64,000 bases of DNA, from the NCBI GenBank assembly GCA_951812545.1, contig OX638317.1, forward strand, positions 2,297,848 through 2,361,847, written 5' to 3'. Below are positions 20,290 through 29,869 of this stretch, one piece after another (positions within the stretch are counted from its first letter, which is position 1; each line of letters begins with the position of its first letter). The stretch comes from an uncultured Latescibacterota bacterium (lineage in GTDB: Bacteria; Latescibacterota; UBA2968). Position numbers and translations under genes: made by a program. A model generated the notes under the pieces. The model searched no databases, was not told the DNA's origin, and saw nothing but the letters and a program-made list of their open reading frames with translations.

Positions 20290-21117
20290 ATGAGAGATCT
20301 ATTTTCACTGGAGGGAAAAACCGCACTGGTGACTGGTGGTTCGACTGGTATCGGAGCGATGATCGCCGAAGGCTTTGTCAATTTTGGGGCGAAGGTTTAC
20401 ATTGTCGCACGCAGAGAAGATGTTCTAAAAAAGAAACAGGAGGAACTTGCACAAATCGGCTCCTGCGAGTATATCGCAGCCGATGTAAGTTCAGTCTCCG
20501 GAATCGAGGAACTGGCAAAGGCCTACAGTGAACGAGAACAGTCGCTCGATATTTTGGTCAACAATGCTGGAATCAGTGATGGTCGCAAGGAGATTGAGGA
20601 TGTGACGGAGGAAACATGGGACGCGGTGATGGATCTCAATCTCAAAAGCATCTTTTTTATGACCCAGGCGTTTCTGCCATTCCTGCGCGTGGGGGCTTCG
20701 CCAGAAACACCAGGCAATGTGATCAATATCGCGTCTATCGACGGCTGTGGTAAACTCAACACAGCTTACAATTATGCCTACGGAGCCAGCAAAGCAGGTG
20801 TGATCCATTTAGGCCGACACCTGGGTGATAGTTTGGCCTGGGAAGGGATCCAAGTCAATACCATCTCCCCTGGTGATTTTCCCAGCGATTTGAATAAGGT
20901 GGCTCGGGATCACACAGACGAGATGAAGAAGAACATTCCGGGCAAGCGGGTTGGAGAGAAGGAAAATATCGCAGGCATGGCCATCTTTCTCGCTTCGCAA
21001 GCGGGTAACTTCAATATAGGCTCCAATCTCGTTCTTGACGGCGGAGAGAGCGTACGAGGCATCCAGCGGGCATTTTTTGCCAGCGTTTGGCCCGATTGGG
21101 TTAAACTGGACAGGTAG
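20290..21117 (+). CDS. SDR-family oxidoreductase
   Basis: It has the cofactor motif TGGSTGIG, NNAG, and the catalytic YGASKAG (Y-x-x-x-K). Confidence 0.88.
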   Translation: MRDLFSLEGKTALVTGGSTGIGAMIAEGFVNFGAKVYIVARREDVLKKKQEELAQIGSCEYIAADVSSVSGIEELAKAYSEREQSLDILVNNAGISDGRKEIEDVTEETWDAVMDLNLKSIFFMTQAFLPFLRVGASPETPGNVINIASIDGCGKLNTAYNYAYGASKAGVIHLGRHLGDSLAWEGIQVNTISPGDFPSDLNKVARDHTDEMKKNIPGKRVGEKENIAGMAIFLASQAGNFNIGSNLVLDGGESVRGIQRAFFASVWPDWVKLDR

Positions 21118-21143
21118 TCGGGCATATCTGAAAGGAGTACACG

Positions 21144-21989
21144 ATGGCAACTTATCAATACCGCGTTGTTGAAGGGTGGGGGCGAGGTCCTGAAGGGAAA
21201 GAGATGGGTGGGGTCGTGCCCGATGTGGCAGTTGACTCGCAGGATCGCGTTTATGTCACCCTGCGAGAGCCTGCGGGTATTCTGGTCTATGATTCGGAAG
21301 GTCGCTTTCTCGGTGCATGGGGTGATGATGTGCTCTTAAATCCGCATAATATCTGGATCGACCCGGCGGATCGGATTTATTGTGCGGATGTTGACGATCA
21401 TACTGTGCGTATCTTCAGCACGGATGGAGAAGTGCTTCAGACTCTGGGTATGCCAGGCCAGACAGGTTCACCGGGCGAGCCGTTCAACATGCCTACCAAG
21501 GCAATGGCCGCGCCCTCAGGTGAGATTTTTGTCTCGGACGGATACGGCCAGCACCGGGTGCATCGTTTTTCAGCGAAAGGCGAACGGATTCTTTCCTGGG
21601 GCGAGGAAGGCACAGGACCCGGCCAGTTTGCCCTGCCACACGATTTATGCATTGACCCACGCGACCGTGTGCTTGTAAGCGACCGGACAAACCACCGCAT
21701 TCAGATTTTCGATTTTGATGGGAACTTTCTGGAGGAGTGGACAGATATCCAATCTCCGAATAACATTCACATCGATGCAGATCATATTGTCTATATTGCC
21801 GAAGCGCCCCATCGCGTCAGCATTTTTGACCTGGAAGGTGCTCTGCTGGCACGATGGGGTGAGGAAGGCTCAGATCCCGGGCAGTTTATCGATCCTGCAC
21901 ACGGCATCTGTGTTGATAGTCGCGGTGATATTTACGTCACCGAAGTGCCCTACCAACCCAACCGACTGCAAAAATTCACACGATTTTGA
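21144..21989 (+). CDS. NHL-repeat six-bladed beta-propeller protein
   Basis: It shows a repeated NHL pattern: VYVTLR, IYCADVDDHTVRIF, IFVSDGYGQHRVHRF, VLVSDRTNHRIQIFD, IYVTE. Confidence 0.75.
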   Translation: MATYQYRVVEGWGRGPEGKEMGGVVPDVAVDSQDRVYVTLREPAGILVYDSEGRFLGAWGDDVLLNPHNIWIDPADRIYCADVDDHTVRIFSTDGEVLQTLGMPGQTGSPGEPFNMPTKAMAAPSGEIFVSDGYGQHRVHRFSAKGERILSWGEEGTGPGQFALPHDLCIDPRDRVLVSDRTNHRIQIFDFDGNFLEEWTDIQSPNNIHIDADHIVYIAEAPHRVSIFDLEGALLARWGEEGSDPGQFIDPAHGICVDSRGDIYVTEVPYQPNRLQKFTRF

Positions 21990-22105
21990 GAAAGAGTTCA
22001 GCATTTCTCAAATCTTCGGAGTAGATATACTGGATGTGAAGCCGACGGTGAAGACAGCAATAAATGTGAGGGAGACATTAGCTTTCACTTTATAAGGGAA
22101 TACAT

Positions 22106-23140
22106 GTGTCCGATATAAAAAATCGTCAAATCTTGCTGGTAGCTCGTCCCGAGGGAGAACCGAAACCGAGTGATTTCCAGTTGGTGGAATCCGACGTGCC
22201 TACCCCTGGTGAGGGTGAAGTTTTGTGCCAGACAATTTATCTTTCGCTGGATCCCTACATGCGCGGAAGGATGAATGAGTCGAAAAACTATGCCAAACCG
22301 GTCGAACTTGGCATGGTGATGGAGGGCGGCTGCGTAGGAAAGGTGATCGCCTCAAACGATGCGGAATTTGCTGAGGGCGACATTGTGGAGGGCAAGGGCG
22401 GGTGGCAATCCCTTTTCGCTCTCCCTGGAAAGGCGCTGCGCAAGATCGATCCGGCCTGGGGGCCGATCTCTACCTCAGTGGGCGTGCTGGGCATGCCGGG
22501 CATGACCGCATACACGGGGCTGCTCAATATCGGCAAACCGCAACCCGATGAGACAGTCGTCGTGGCGGCTGCCTCGGGAGCGGTGGGTTCGGTGGTTGGG
22601 CAAATCGCCAGGATCAAAGGCGCGCGGGCCGTAGGCATCGCGGGATCTAAAGAAAAATGCCAGTATGTTACCGATGCGTTTGGATTCGATGCGTGTGTGA
22701 ACCACAGAGCCGACGATTTTGAAGAACAAATCACTGGTGCTTGTCCGGACGGGATTGATGTTTATTTTGAGAATGTAGCTGGCAAGGTGTTTGAGACGGT
22801 GTTGCCGCTGTTCAACCCCTTTGCCCGGATACCCGTATGTGGCACCATCGCCATTGCCAATGATACGGGATTGCCACCCGGTCCCAACCAGATGCACTAT
22901 ATGCTGCGCCAGATTCTCACCAAACGACTCACCTTTCGGGGTTTCATTGTCTCGGACTTTGCGGACCAAAAGGAAGAAGCTTTTAGCACTTTAGGCGGAT
23001 GGATTCGTGAAGACAAATTGCGCTACAAGGAAGATATTGTCGATGGTTTGGAAAACGCGCCCGAAGCTTTGATTGGTCTGCTCAAGGGGGAAAATTTCGG
23101 TAAGCTTGTTATTCGGGTGTCGGACGATCCGACAAAATAG
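22106..23140 (+). CDS. NADP-dependent MDR-family oxidoreductase (alkenal/prostaglandin-reductase-like)
   Basis: The start codon is GTG. The nucleotide-binding segment is AAASGAVGSVVGQIAR. The length and layout match the YncB / leukotriene-B4 dehydrogenase-like group. Confidence 0.8.
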   Translation: MSDIKNRQILLVARPEGEPKPSDFQLVESDVPTPGEGEVLCQTIYLSLDPYMRGRMNESKNYAKPVELGMVMEGGCVGKVIASNDAEFAEGDIVEGKGGWQSLFALPGKALRKIDPAWGPISTSVGVLGMPGMTAYTGLLNIGKPQPDETVVVAAASGAVGSVVGQIARIKGARAVGIAGSKEKCQYVTDAFGFDACVNHRADDFEEQITGACPDGIDVYFENVAGKVFETVLPLFNPFARIPVCGTIAIANDTGLPPGPNQMHYMLRQILTKRLTFRGFIVSDFADQKEEAFSTLGGWIREDKLRYKEDIVDGLENAPEALIGLLKGENFGKLVIRVSDDPTK

Positions 23141-23225
23141 CTCTCATCTTTTTTATTTGAGCCGTTCGATGGACGGATTTAAAAAAACAGAATAGCAGGC
23201 AAAATCAGACCTTTAATTGATCTGG

Positions 23226-24404
23226 ATGAATGGAATGAAGACCAGCGATCCGACCCCTTTGTTATGGCTGTGCGGTCCGTGTGGTGTCGGTAAATCCACA
23301 GTAGGGTGGCAATTCTTTTCTCAACTGGCACAGGATGGAATCAGAATTGGCTATCTCGACATCGATCAACTTGGCATGTGTTATCCCGCACCAGTTTCGG
23401 ACCCAGAGCGTCACCACATAAAATCGCAAAATCTCGGCGCAATGGTAGCGACCTTCAAAGCAGCGGGCGCCTATTGCGTCCTTGTGTCCGGCGTTGTCGA
23501 TGAGATCCACGGAGTGCGCGACTATGTTGGTCAGATATCGCATAGTGATCTCACCTTGTGCCGACTCCGAGCGGATCGCGACATACTGGCAGAGCGGCTG
23601 ACCAATCGCAGTCTGGAATCTTGCCAGATGGATGCAATGCTGCGCGAATCAGATATTCTGGATCGCAGCGACTTCGCTGACGTATGCATCGACACCAGCG
23701 GATTGACTGTCTCTGAGGTCATTCAGCTCCTGGATAGGAAGACCGGCGGATGGCCCGCTCTCCCCAGGAGAACCTGCTTGTCCAACAGCCACGCCTCGGC
23801 GCGCTTCCCCAGGTTGCCCACCACTCCCGGATCGATCCTATGGCTTTGCGGTACGACTGGTGTTGGAAAGTCAACTGTCGGATGGCGAATCTTTGAGGAA
23901 GTCAGGCGGGCTGGTATCACAGCCGCTTTTATCGACCTTGAACAGATCAGTTTCTACCGGCCTGTCCCGGACAACGATCCCGACAACCACCAGATCAAGG
24001 CGCACAACCTCGCTGCTATGTGGCAGACCTTTCACGAGAGCGGCGCGCGATGTCTCATTGTCGTCGGTCCAATCAACGACCTCGACGCTATCCAGACCTA
24101 TACCAAAGTGCTACCAGAAACAAATCTGAGGTTATGTCGGCTTCATGCTGGATCAGAGCAGTTGAGGCATAGAATCAGACTGCGAGGTCAAGGCTTTGGC
24201 CCAGGGATACCTGGTGACGAGTTAAGAGGAAAGCCTGATACAGCCCTCCAGCAGATCGCTGAAAAGGCGATTGATACCGCAGAATCTCTACAACGCAACG
24301 CGATCGGCGACCTGTGCATTGATACTGATAACCGAACCATAGAAGAAATCGCTCAGATGATTCTTTTAGAGGTTGGTCTTGATCGTTTAATGAGATGGAG
24401 ATGA
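23226..24404 (+). CDS. Tandem-duplicated P-loop NTPase/kinase-like protein
   Basis: There are two Walker A motifs: LCGPCGVGKSTVGW and LCGTTGVGKSTVGW. The two halves are clearly homologous to each other. The start is uncertain (TTG 23217, ATG 23226 or ATG 23235). Confidence 0.65.
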   Translation: MNGMKTSDPTPLLWLCGPCGVGKSTVGWQFFSQLAQDGIRIGYLDIDQLGMCYPAPVSDPERHHIKSQNLGAMVATFKAAGAYCVLVSGVVDEIHGVRDYVGQISHSDLTLCRLRADRDILAERLTNRSLESCQMDAMLRESDILDRSDFADVCIDTSGLTVSEVIQLLDRKTGGWPALPRRTCLSNSHASARFPRLPTTPGSILWLCGTTGVGKSTVGWRIFEEVRRAGITAAFIDLEQISFYRPVPDNDPDNHQIKAHNLAAMWQTFHESGARCLIVVGPINDLDAIQTYTKVLPETNLRLCRLHAGSEQLRHRIRLRGQGFGPGIPGDELRGKPDTALQQIAEKAIDTAESLQRNAIGDLCIDTDNRTIEEIAQMILLEVGLDRLMRWR

Positions 24405-24410
24405 GTAGCC

Positions 24411-25271
24411 GTGGAAATTACCGTCACACCGGAAGAGCACGCAGCCGAATCTCTCACCGACGCGCACTTGAAACAGGCCCTCGATGCCATTCGAACGGAG
24501 GGCTACATCATCCTCAATGCAGTGGTCGCGCACGAACACCTCGACCTTCTCTGTGAGCGGATGACCGAAGACATAGAGAAGATCATGAATGCCCCTGCGC
24601 CACCCCATAACTTCGTTTGGGGAAACGTCCAACAGGATCCGCCCCCCTTCCCCCCATACGTCTTTCGCGACGTTATAGCGAACCCCTATGTGGTCCAGGT
24701 CTCGAAAGCCCTGCTCGGCGAGGGGATCTTCAACAATCGCTACACCGGCAATACCAACTTGCCGGGTAGCAAGCTCCAACCGGTACATGTCGATTCGGGA
24801 CAACTCTGGCCGAACCTGGATGTTGCGCACCCGCCGTCCAAAGTCATTGTCAATATAGCCCTGGACGAGGTGACAGAAACCAACGGAAGTATCGAACTCT
24901 GGCCCGGATCCCATCTGGAAACGCAAAAGGTAGTTGGAGATGATATCAAGGTCGAAGAACACCTGCAGGAAGCACGCCGGAAAGTGGCACCGCCAGTCCG
25001 GGGGAATACAAAAAAGGGAAGCATCCTGATCCGCGACCCCCGGCTCTGGCACCGGGGAATGCCAAATTTTTCCGACCAAACGCGGTTCATGATCGCAGCG
25101 ATCTACTCATGCCACTGGATGCGTCGCCTTCCCCCTCTCAGGTTCAATACCGGTTGTGAAACCGCCTTTGCAGAAAGCGACCTGGACCCGAACACAATTT
25201 TTGTAGATGAACCGATAAACTACCTCTTCCGAAATCGGCCCTACGATTACAATACAGAACCCCCATGTTGA
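24411..25271 (+). CDS. PhyH-family dioxygenase
   Basis: The start codon is GTG. It has a typical N-terminus (EGYIILNAVV), an HVDS motif and LWHRG near the C-terminus. Confidence 0.75.
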   Translation: MEITVTPEEHAAESLTDAHLKQALDAIRTEGYIILNAVVAHEHLDLLCERMTEDIEKIMNAPAPPHNFVWGNVQQDPPPFPPYVFRDVIANPYVVQVSKALLGEGIFNNRYTGNTNLPGSKLQPVHVDSGQLWPNLDVAHPPSKVIVNIALDEVTETNGSIELWPGSHLETQKVVGDDIKVEEHLQEARRKVAPPVRGNTKKGSILIRDPRLWHRGMPNFSDQTRFMIAAIYSCHWMRRLPPLRFNTGCETAFAESDLDPNTIFVDEPINYLFRNRPYDYNTEPPC

Positions 25272-25316
25272 GAAAGGAACACATTTCAGGAATCGCTATA
25301 AAATGGAGGAATACGT

Positions 25317-26216
25317 ATGAGTAAGTTTGCTCATTTCGATGGATTTACATACTCAACTGCGGTGGCTTTCGAGGAGGGTGTTACGCGGAGAGATCCAAGC
25401 CCGGTGATTCAGGTGGATGGCACGTACTATGTTTGGTATTCTCGAACCGAAGAATCGTCTGGTGGCTACTCCGCTTCAATCTGGTATTCTACAAGCCCCG
25501 ACGGTGTGACCTGGTCTGAAGAAGGGGAAGCACTTCCCAAAGGAGCAAAAGGTGCATTCGATGAGCACGCTGTATTCACACCCACGATTCTTGTCTCAGG
25601 TGGTCAATACTATTTGTTTTACACAGCGGTACCCGAGCCGTTCAGCAATGATAATGGCGGTCCGAATGGAACAAAGACCGCCATTGGTATTGCAGTAGCA
25701 GATTCACCTCGGGGACCGTGGGTTCGGTTTGAAGGCAATCCGGTGTTGCGGCCCAGCGACAATCCGGAGATTTTTGACAGCATGCGGGTTGACGACACGT
25801 GTCTGATCGTTCGAGACGGAAAATACTGGATGTATTACAAGGGCCGACAGATGAACCGCAAGCCAAATCAAACCAGGATGGGGTTGGCGATTGCCAGTGA
25901 GCCGACAGGTCCCTATATCAAACATTCTGAGAACCCGGTGTTGGACAGTGGTCACGAGGTCTGCGTCTGGCCCCATGGCAATGGCGTCGGATGTCTGGTC
26001 TCCAAGGTGGGACCCCAGGGCAACACCTTACAGTATAGCGATGGCGGTGTCCATTTTCAAAAAATAGCGGATACCTCTCCCCCCAGTGCCCCTGGCCCCT
26101 TTCGGGCTGATAACTTTGTCGATGGCGCAGGACCCGGTGTGACCTGGGGCATATCCATGGCGCATCATCACTCGTGGCCGTATCTCGTTCGGTTTGATTG
26201 TGATCTGAGATCTTGA
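25317..26216 (+). CDS. Five-bladed beta-propeller glycoside-hydrolase-like protein (GH43/GH117-like)
   Basis: It has blade motifs YYVWYSR, STSPDGVTW, YYLFYTA, AVADSPRGPW and YWMYYKG. Confidence 0.65.
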   Translation: MSKFAHFDGFTYSTAVAFEEGVTRRDPSPVIQVDGTYYVWYSRTEESSGGYSASIWYSTSPDGVTWSEEGEALPKGAKGAFDEHAVFTPTILVSGGQYYLFYTAVPEPFSNDNGGPNGTKTAIGIAVADSPRGPWVRFEGNPVLRPSDNPEIFDSMRVDDTCLIVRDGKYWMYYKGRQMNRKPNQTRMGLAIASEPTGPYIKHSENPVLDSGHEVCVWPHGNGVGCLVSKVGPQGNTLQYSDGGVHFQKIADTSPPSAPGPFRADNFVDGAGPGVTWGISMAHHHSWPYLVRFDCDLRS

Positions 26217-26262
26217 ACATTCGACAACGAGTTCTTCCCACGATTTTCCCCGGAGCTTTTCT

Positions 26263-27315
26263 ATGCAAGTTTATAACGTTGGTGTTATCGGCTGTGGCAG
26301 GATTGCGAGTTTACTGGAGCAGGAAACACATCGCGGAACGCCGAATACTCATGCGGGTTGTTACGATCACTGTGATCGAACCCGTATTGTCGCAACAGCA
26401 GATCGGGACGATGAACGCCGACAGAGTTTTGGAGGCAAATGGGATGTTCCAGGTCTGTACACAGATTGGGAGGAAATGCTAAATACTGAAAAGCTGGATA
26501 TCGTGAGTGTTTGCACCTATCCCATTCCGCATCGAGATATCGTTGTTGCCGCGGCTCAGTCAGGGGTAAAAGCCATATTCTGTGAAAAGGCGATGGCGAC
26601 TACCTTGCGAGAGGCAGACGAAATGATTGATGCTTGCCGGAGAAACAATGTAAAGCTGAGCATTAACCACACGCGCCGATGGGATTGGCAATTTCGCCAA
26701 ATTAAGGAGTTAATCGATCAGGAGGTAATCGGCTCCCTGCAGGCGATGACGCTCCAGTACAGCGCGGGGCTTGCCAACAACGGAACCCACTTTTTTGACA
26801 TGCTGCGCTTCTTCGCAGGCGATGTCGCGTGGGCAACCGGTCACCTATTGGATCCGGATGCCCTGGATCCCCGTGGCGCCGGGTACTTTCAGTTTCAGAA
26901 TGGCGTACAATGCATCGTAAATGGATCTACCGGAGGGAGGGCTCAGCACCTATTTGAATTGTTGGGCTCCAGGGGACGGATAACGGTGGACAATACACGG
27001 CCACGTCATTTCAAGCTCTTCGTTGGCAATAAAGAGGAAAAATTTCCCGAAATACCAGAGGAACACAAGCTGAATACAACGAACGAGGGCCGATGTGTGA
27101 TCCCGTTGTCAGTAGAGGAGATTGCAGAAAGCCTCGACCGCGATCAAGATACAATATCCACTGGAGAAGACGGACGGGCTGCGCTGGAAATGGTGCTTTC
27201 TCTTCACGAATCGGAACGGTTGGGCAACGCGCGGGTAGATTTCCCTATGACAAACCTGGATCTCCAGGTTCTGGTGAGAGACGAAGGGTTCATGAGCAGT
27301 GCTGTACCGCAATAA
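26263..27315 (+). CDS. Gfo/Idh/MocA-family oxidoreductase
   Basis: It has an N-terminal Rossmann segment (VGVIGCGRIA), CEKAMA and a typical C-terminal dimerisation domain. Confidence 0.85.
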   Translation: MQVYNVGVIGCGRIASLLEQETHRGTPNTHAGCYDHCDRTRIVATADRDDERRQSFGGKWDVPGLYTDWEEMLNTEKLDIVSVCTYPIPHRDIVVAAAQSGVKAIFCEKAMATTLREADEMIDACRRNNVKLSINHTRRWDWQFRQIKELIDQEVIGSLQAMTLQYSAGLANNGTHFFDMLRFFAGDVAWATGHLLDPDALDPRGAGYFQFQNGVQCIVNGSTGGRAQHLFELLGSRGRITVDNTRPRHFKLFVGNKEEKFPEIPEEHKLNTTNEGRCVIPLSVEEIAESLDRDQDTISTGEDGRAALEMVLSLHESERLGNARVDFPMTNLDLQVLVRDEGFMSSAVPQ

Positions 27316-27322
27316 TCCAGGA

Positions 27323-28255
27323 TCAGTCCCCTACCCCATCGATCAACGCTTTCATATTCGCAAAGTTGATACGCATCGCTTCTTCCGCCGATCCGCTTTC
27401 CGGTTTGAAGTGGGTGGCGATAGATATCACTGCGTCGATCTGATGATCGCGCAGGTTCCGCAGTACCGTCGGAAAATCCACGTCTCCTTCGCCGATGGGA
27501 CAGTATTCAAACTCACATTTCAGACCGTCTATAACTTGCAGATCTTTTATGTGGAGCGTATGAAGATATGGACGGACATTCTGAAATCCGCGGGTAGCAG
27601 TGTCCGATTCGCCACAGTTCATAGTATCCGCCGGTCCCCAGACCGTTTTCAGGCGAGGTGAACCAACCGCCTCGATCACCTGCCGCATGTGTTCCGTGGT
27701 ATTCGTGTAGTTCCACGGCATCATGCACAACGGCAGATCCACATCGTAGCGGTCCGCGTCTTCGGCCAGCAGCGTAAACGCCCGGACCAATTTGTCCATA
27801 TCCAGATCGGAAATAACGCCACCGCGGGTCATCCATCGCATGGGCCAGGTCGGCTTACCGGCGGTATATTCACCCGGCCAGGCGAATGTAAATGTGGCCA
27901 CGGCCGGAATTTTGAGCCGGGCGGCCATCTTCATGGCGGCGTTCAATTCCTCTCGAGCTTCCTGGAATTCGGGGTGTTCGGCCATATAGTCCAGATCCAG
28001 ATCGCAGAGATGCACTTTTTTGAACTTACGCCCTCCGCAGAGCAGGAAGATATCCGTTTGATGCTGCTCGGCGCACTCGCCGATGCGGTCCATATCCGCG
28101 TCGGTCATGGCTTCGAACGGAAGGTCGCCCGCCGAAGGCGCGTACCAGAGGCGATCCGCGCCGATCTCTTTCGCCTTGGGAAATGCCCGATCATAGGGCA
28201 GTCTCAGTTCGGTCGTAAACATGGCAAGTTTAAACGTGTAATCGGACATGAGCAT
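27323..28255 (-). CDS. Sugar phosphate isomerase/epimerase (xylose-isomerase-like TIM barrel)
   Basis: This is a 310-aa ORF. The C-terminal segment (LHIKD...GEGDVDF) is typical of the AP_endonuc_2 TIM-barrel family. Confidence 0.75.
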   Translation of the reverse strand: MLMSDYTFKLAMFTTELRLPYDRAFPKAKEIGADRLWYAPSAGDLPFEAMTDADMDRIGECAEQHQTDIFLLCGGRKFKKVHLCDLDLDYMAEHPEFQEAREELNAAMKMAARLKIPAVATFTFAWPGEYTAGKPTWPMRWMTRGGVISDLDMDKLVRAFTLLAEDADRYDVDLPLCMMPWNYTNTTEHMRQVIEAVGSPRLKTVWGPADTMNCGESDTATRGFQNVRPYLHTLHIKDLQVIDGLKCEFEYCPIGEGDVDFPTVLRNLRDHQIDAVISIATHFKPESGSAEEAMRINFANMKALIDGVGD

Positions 28256-28297
28256 AATCCTGTAGTCAGAATGAAGGGTGACATCGAATATTATCTT

Positions 28298-29851
28298 TTA
28301 ATCCCTGATCAATTCCACCTTATCCAGATAGAGCGTCTGTTGTTTTGAACCGACGTCGAGTTCGAATCTGACGTTCATGACATTCGGTGATTCATGGGTG
28401 TAATGGCGAGTGTAGGTCTTGGGTGTGGTCGATATTTTTATCCAGTCACCATCTTTCTCATAGCTGTCGTAAAGGACGCTGTTGTCTGCGACATCTCTCA
28501 TCGCAATTTTTATTTGACCTTCACCATTATCAGTCCTGGCCAAAAAACTCATTTTATACCTTTGCCCTTGAATGAGATGGATCAATGTTCTGCCGGGTGC
28601 CTGTGGTCTTTTAATATTGCCGGAAGATGTGAGAGTTTGTTGATATAATTGACCGCCAACTGCCGATGGAACGGTCAATTTCAAGGAACTGATGCCATTG
28701 AGGGCTTCATCTCCATATACATAATCTTTTGTGATGGCCACAGAAGACAAATGCCAGCAATGATCAGGTCTGAAAAACTCGCCATTTAATAGTTGAGGTG
28801 TATTGGGAATCGATGCAGGGACAACGCCGGTAAGCTTATCAAGGACAGGTTGATTCCATCCCAGTTCGGAATTAAAGATGGCGAATTGTCTCTGGTTGTT
28901 TTGTATGCCAGTGTACCACATGGAGCCGATGTTATACATTCTGAATTGATCCATATGATAGTCCAGCCACACAGCAAGATCAGACTTTGAACGGCTATCA
29001 AAAAGCCAGCATCCCCATTCGGTGACAATGATGGGCATTGATGGCTTATACTTTCTTCTCCACTCTACAGCCAGCATGATCTCCCTATATATGGAAGATT
29101 TCCAATCCCCCTTTAGCGGGGCTGTCCACATGGCAAAGTTGACGCCTTCAGCACTGCCTGGCTTGTAAAAATGGATGGACACGCCAATGTTTTTGTCATC
29201 AAAAAATCCGGTGCCATCCTTTAGCCTGTAAGTAAGATGTTCCTCTGTAACCCATGGATCCAATTCGTCGGCGTCATTATAGCCTGGCGGACTGACGAGG
29301 ATGGGGCGGTCGGGATCAACTTCCCTTATAGCCGCAATAGCAGCATTGTACAGTTTCATAACCTGTGCATGCTGGTTGTCTTTAAAGCCTATCCCCTCTG
29401 GTTCATTGAGTATTTCAAAGACGACATCATTTGGCAAATTTTCCCATGCTTGAGCCCTTTGCTTCCATTTTTTTGATATTTGTGATATTCCTTTGCCGAT
29501 ATCGCCTTTGGACCAGGATTTGAGACCCCACATGCATACAACTACAGCCAATCCGTTGTCGAGAGCGTCCCTTATACGCCTTTCTGTATCCGCAATGCCT
29601 GCGCCATAGGGCATGAAGATGCGTACAGATTCAAAACCAGCCTCCTTGATGGCCTGCATGTGTCCTGGATGGTGTTGGACTTTGTTCCAGACTCCAGAGG
29701 TGGGTAAAGCGACATCCTGATTTATCCCATTATACAATTTCTTGAAAACAGGCGCATAAGAATGGCGTGGAGCACCCCATGATGTCCCTATGAGTGTCAA
29801 ACAGGTTATCAAAATGAATTGACAATAAGTAATGAAAATATTGGTTTCCAT
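28298..29851 (-). CDS. Secreted GH5-like glycoside hydrolase with a C-terminal beta-sandwich (CBM-like) domain
   Basis: It has a signal peptide, an acid/base motif (FEILNEPEG) and a nucleophile motif (IIVTEWG). About 170 aa of beta-rich sequence follow the catalytic domain. Confidence 0.75.
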   Translation of the reverse strand: METNIFITYCQFILITCLTLIGTSWGAPRHSYAPVFKKLYNGINQDVALPTSGVWNKVQHHPGHMQAIKEAGFESVRIFMPYGAGIADTERRIRDALDNGLAVVVCMWGLKSWSKGDIGKGISQISKKWKQRAQAWENLPNDVVFEILNEPEGIGFKDNQHAQVMKLYNAAIAAIREVDPDRPILVSPPGYNDADELDPWVTEEHLTYRLKDGTGFFDDKNIGVSIHFYKPGSAEGVNFAMWTAPLKGDWKSSIYREIMLAVEWRRKYKPSMPIIVTEWGCWLFDSRSKSDLAVWLDYHMDQFRMYNIGSMWYTGIQNNQRQFAIFNSELGWNQPVLDKLTGVVPASIPNTPQLLNGEFFRPDHCWHLSSVAITKDYVYGDEALNGISSLKLTVPSAVGGQLYQQTLTSSGNIKRPQAPGRTLIHLIQGQRYKMSFLARTDNGEGQIKIAMRDVADNSVLYDSYEKDGDWIKISTTPKTYTRHYTHESPNVMNVRFELDVGSKQQTLYLDKVELIRD

Positions 29852-29869
29852 TTTCTATTCAGGCAATTT

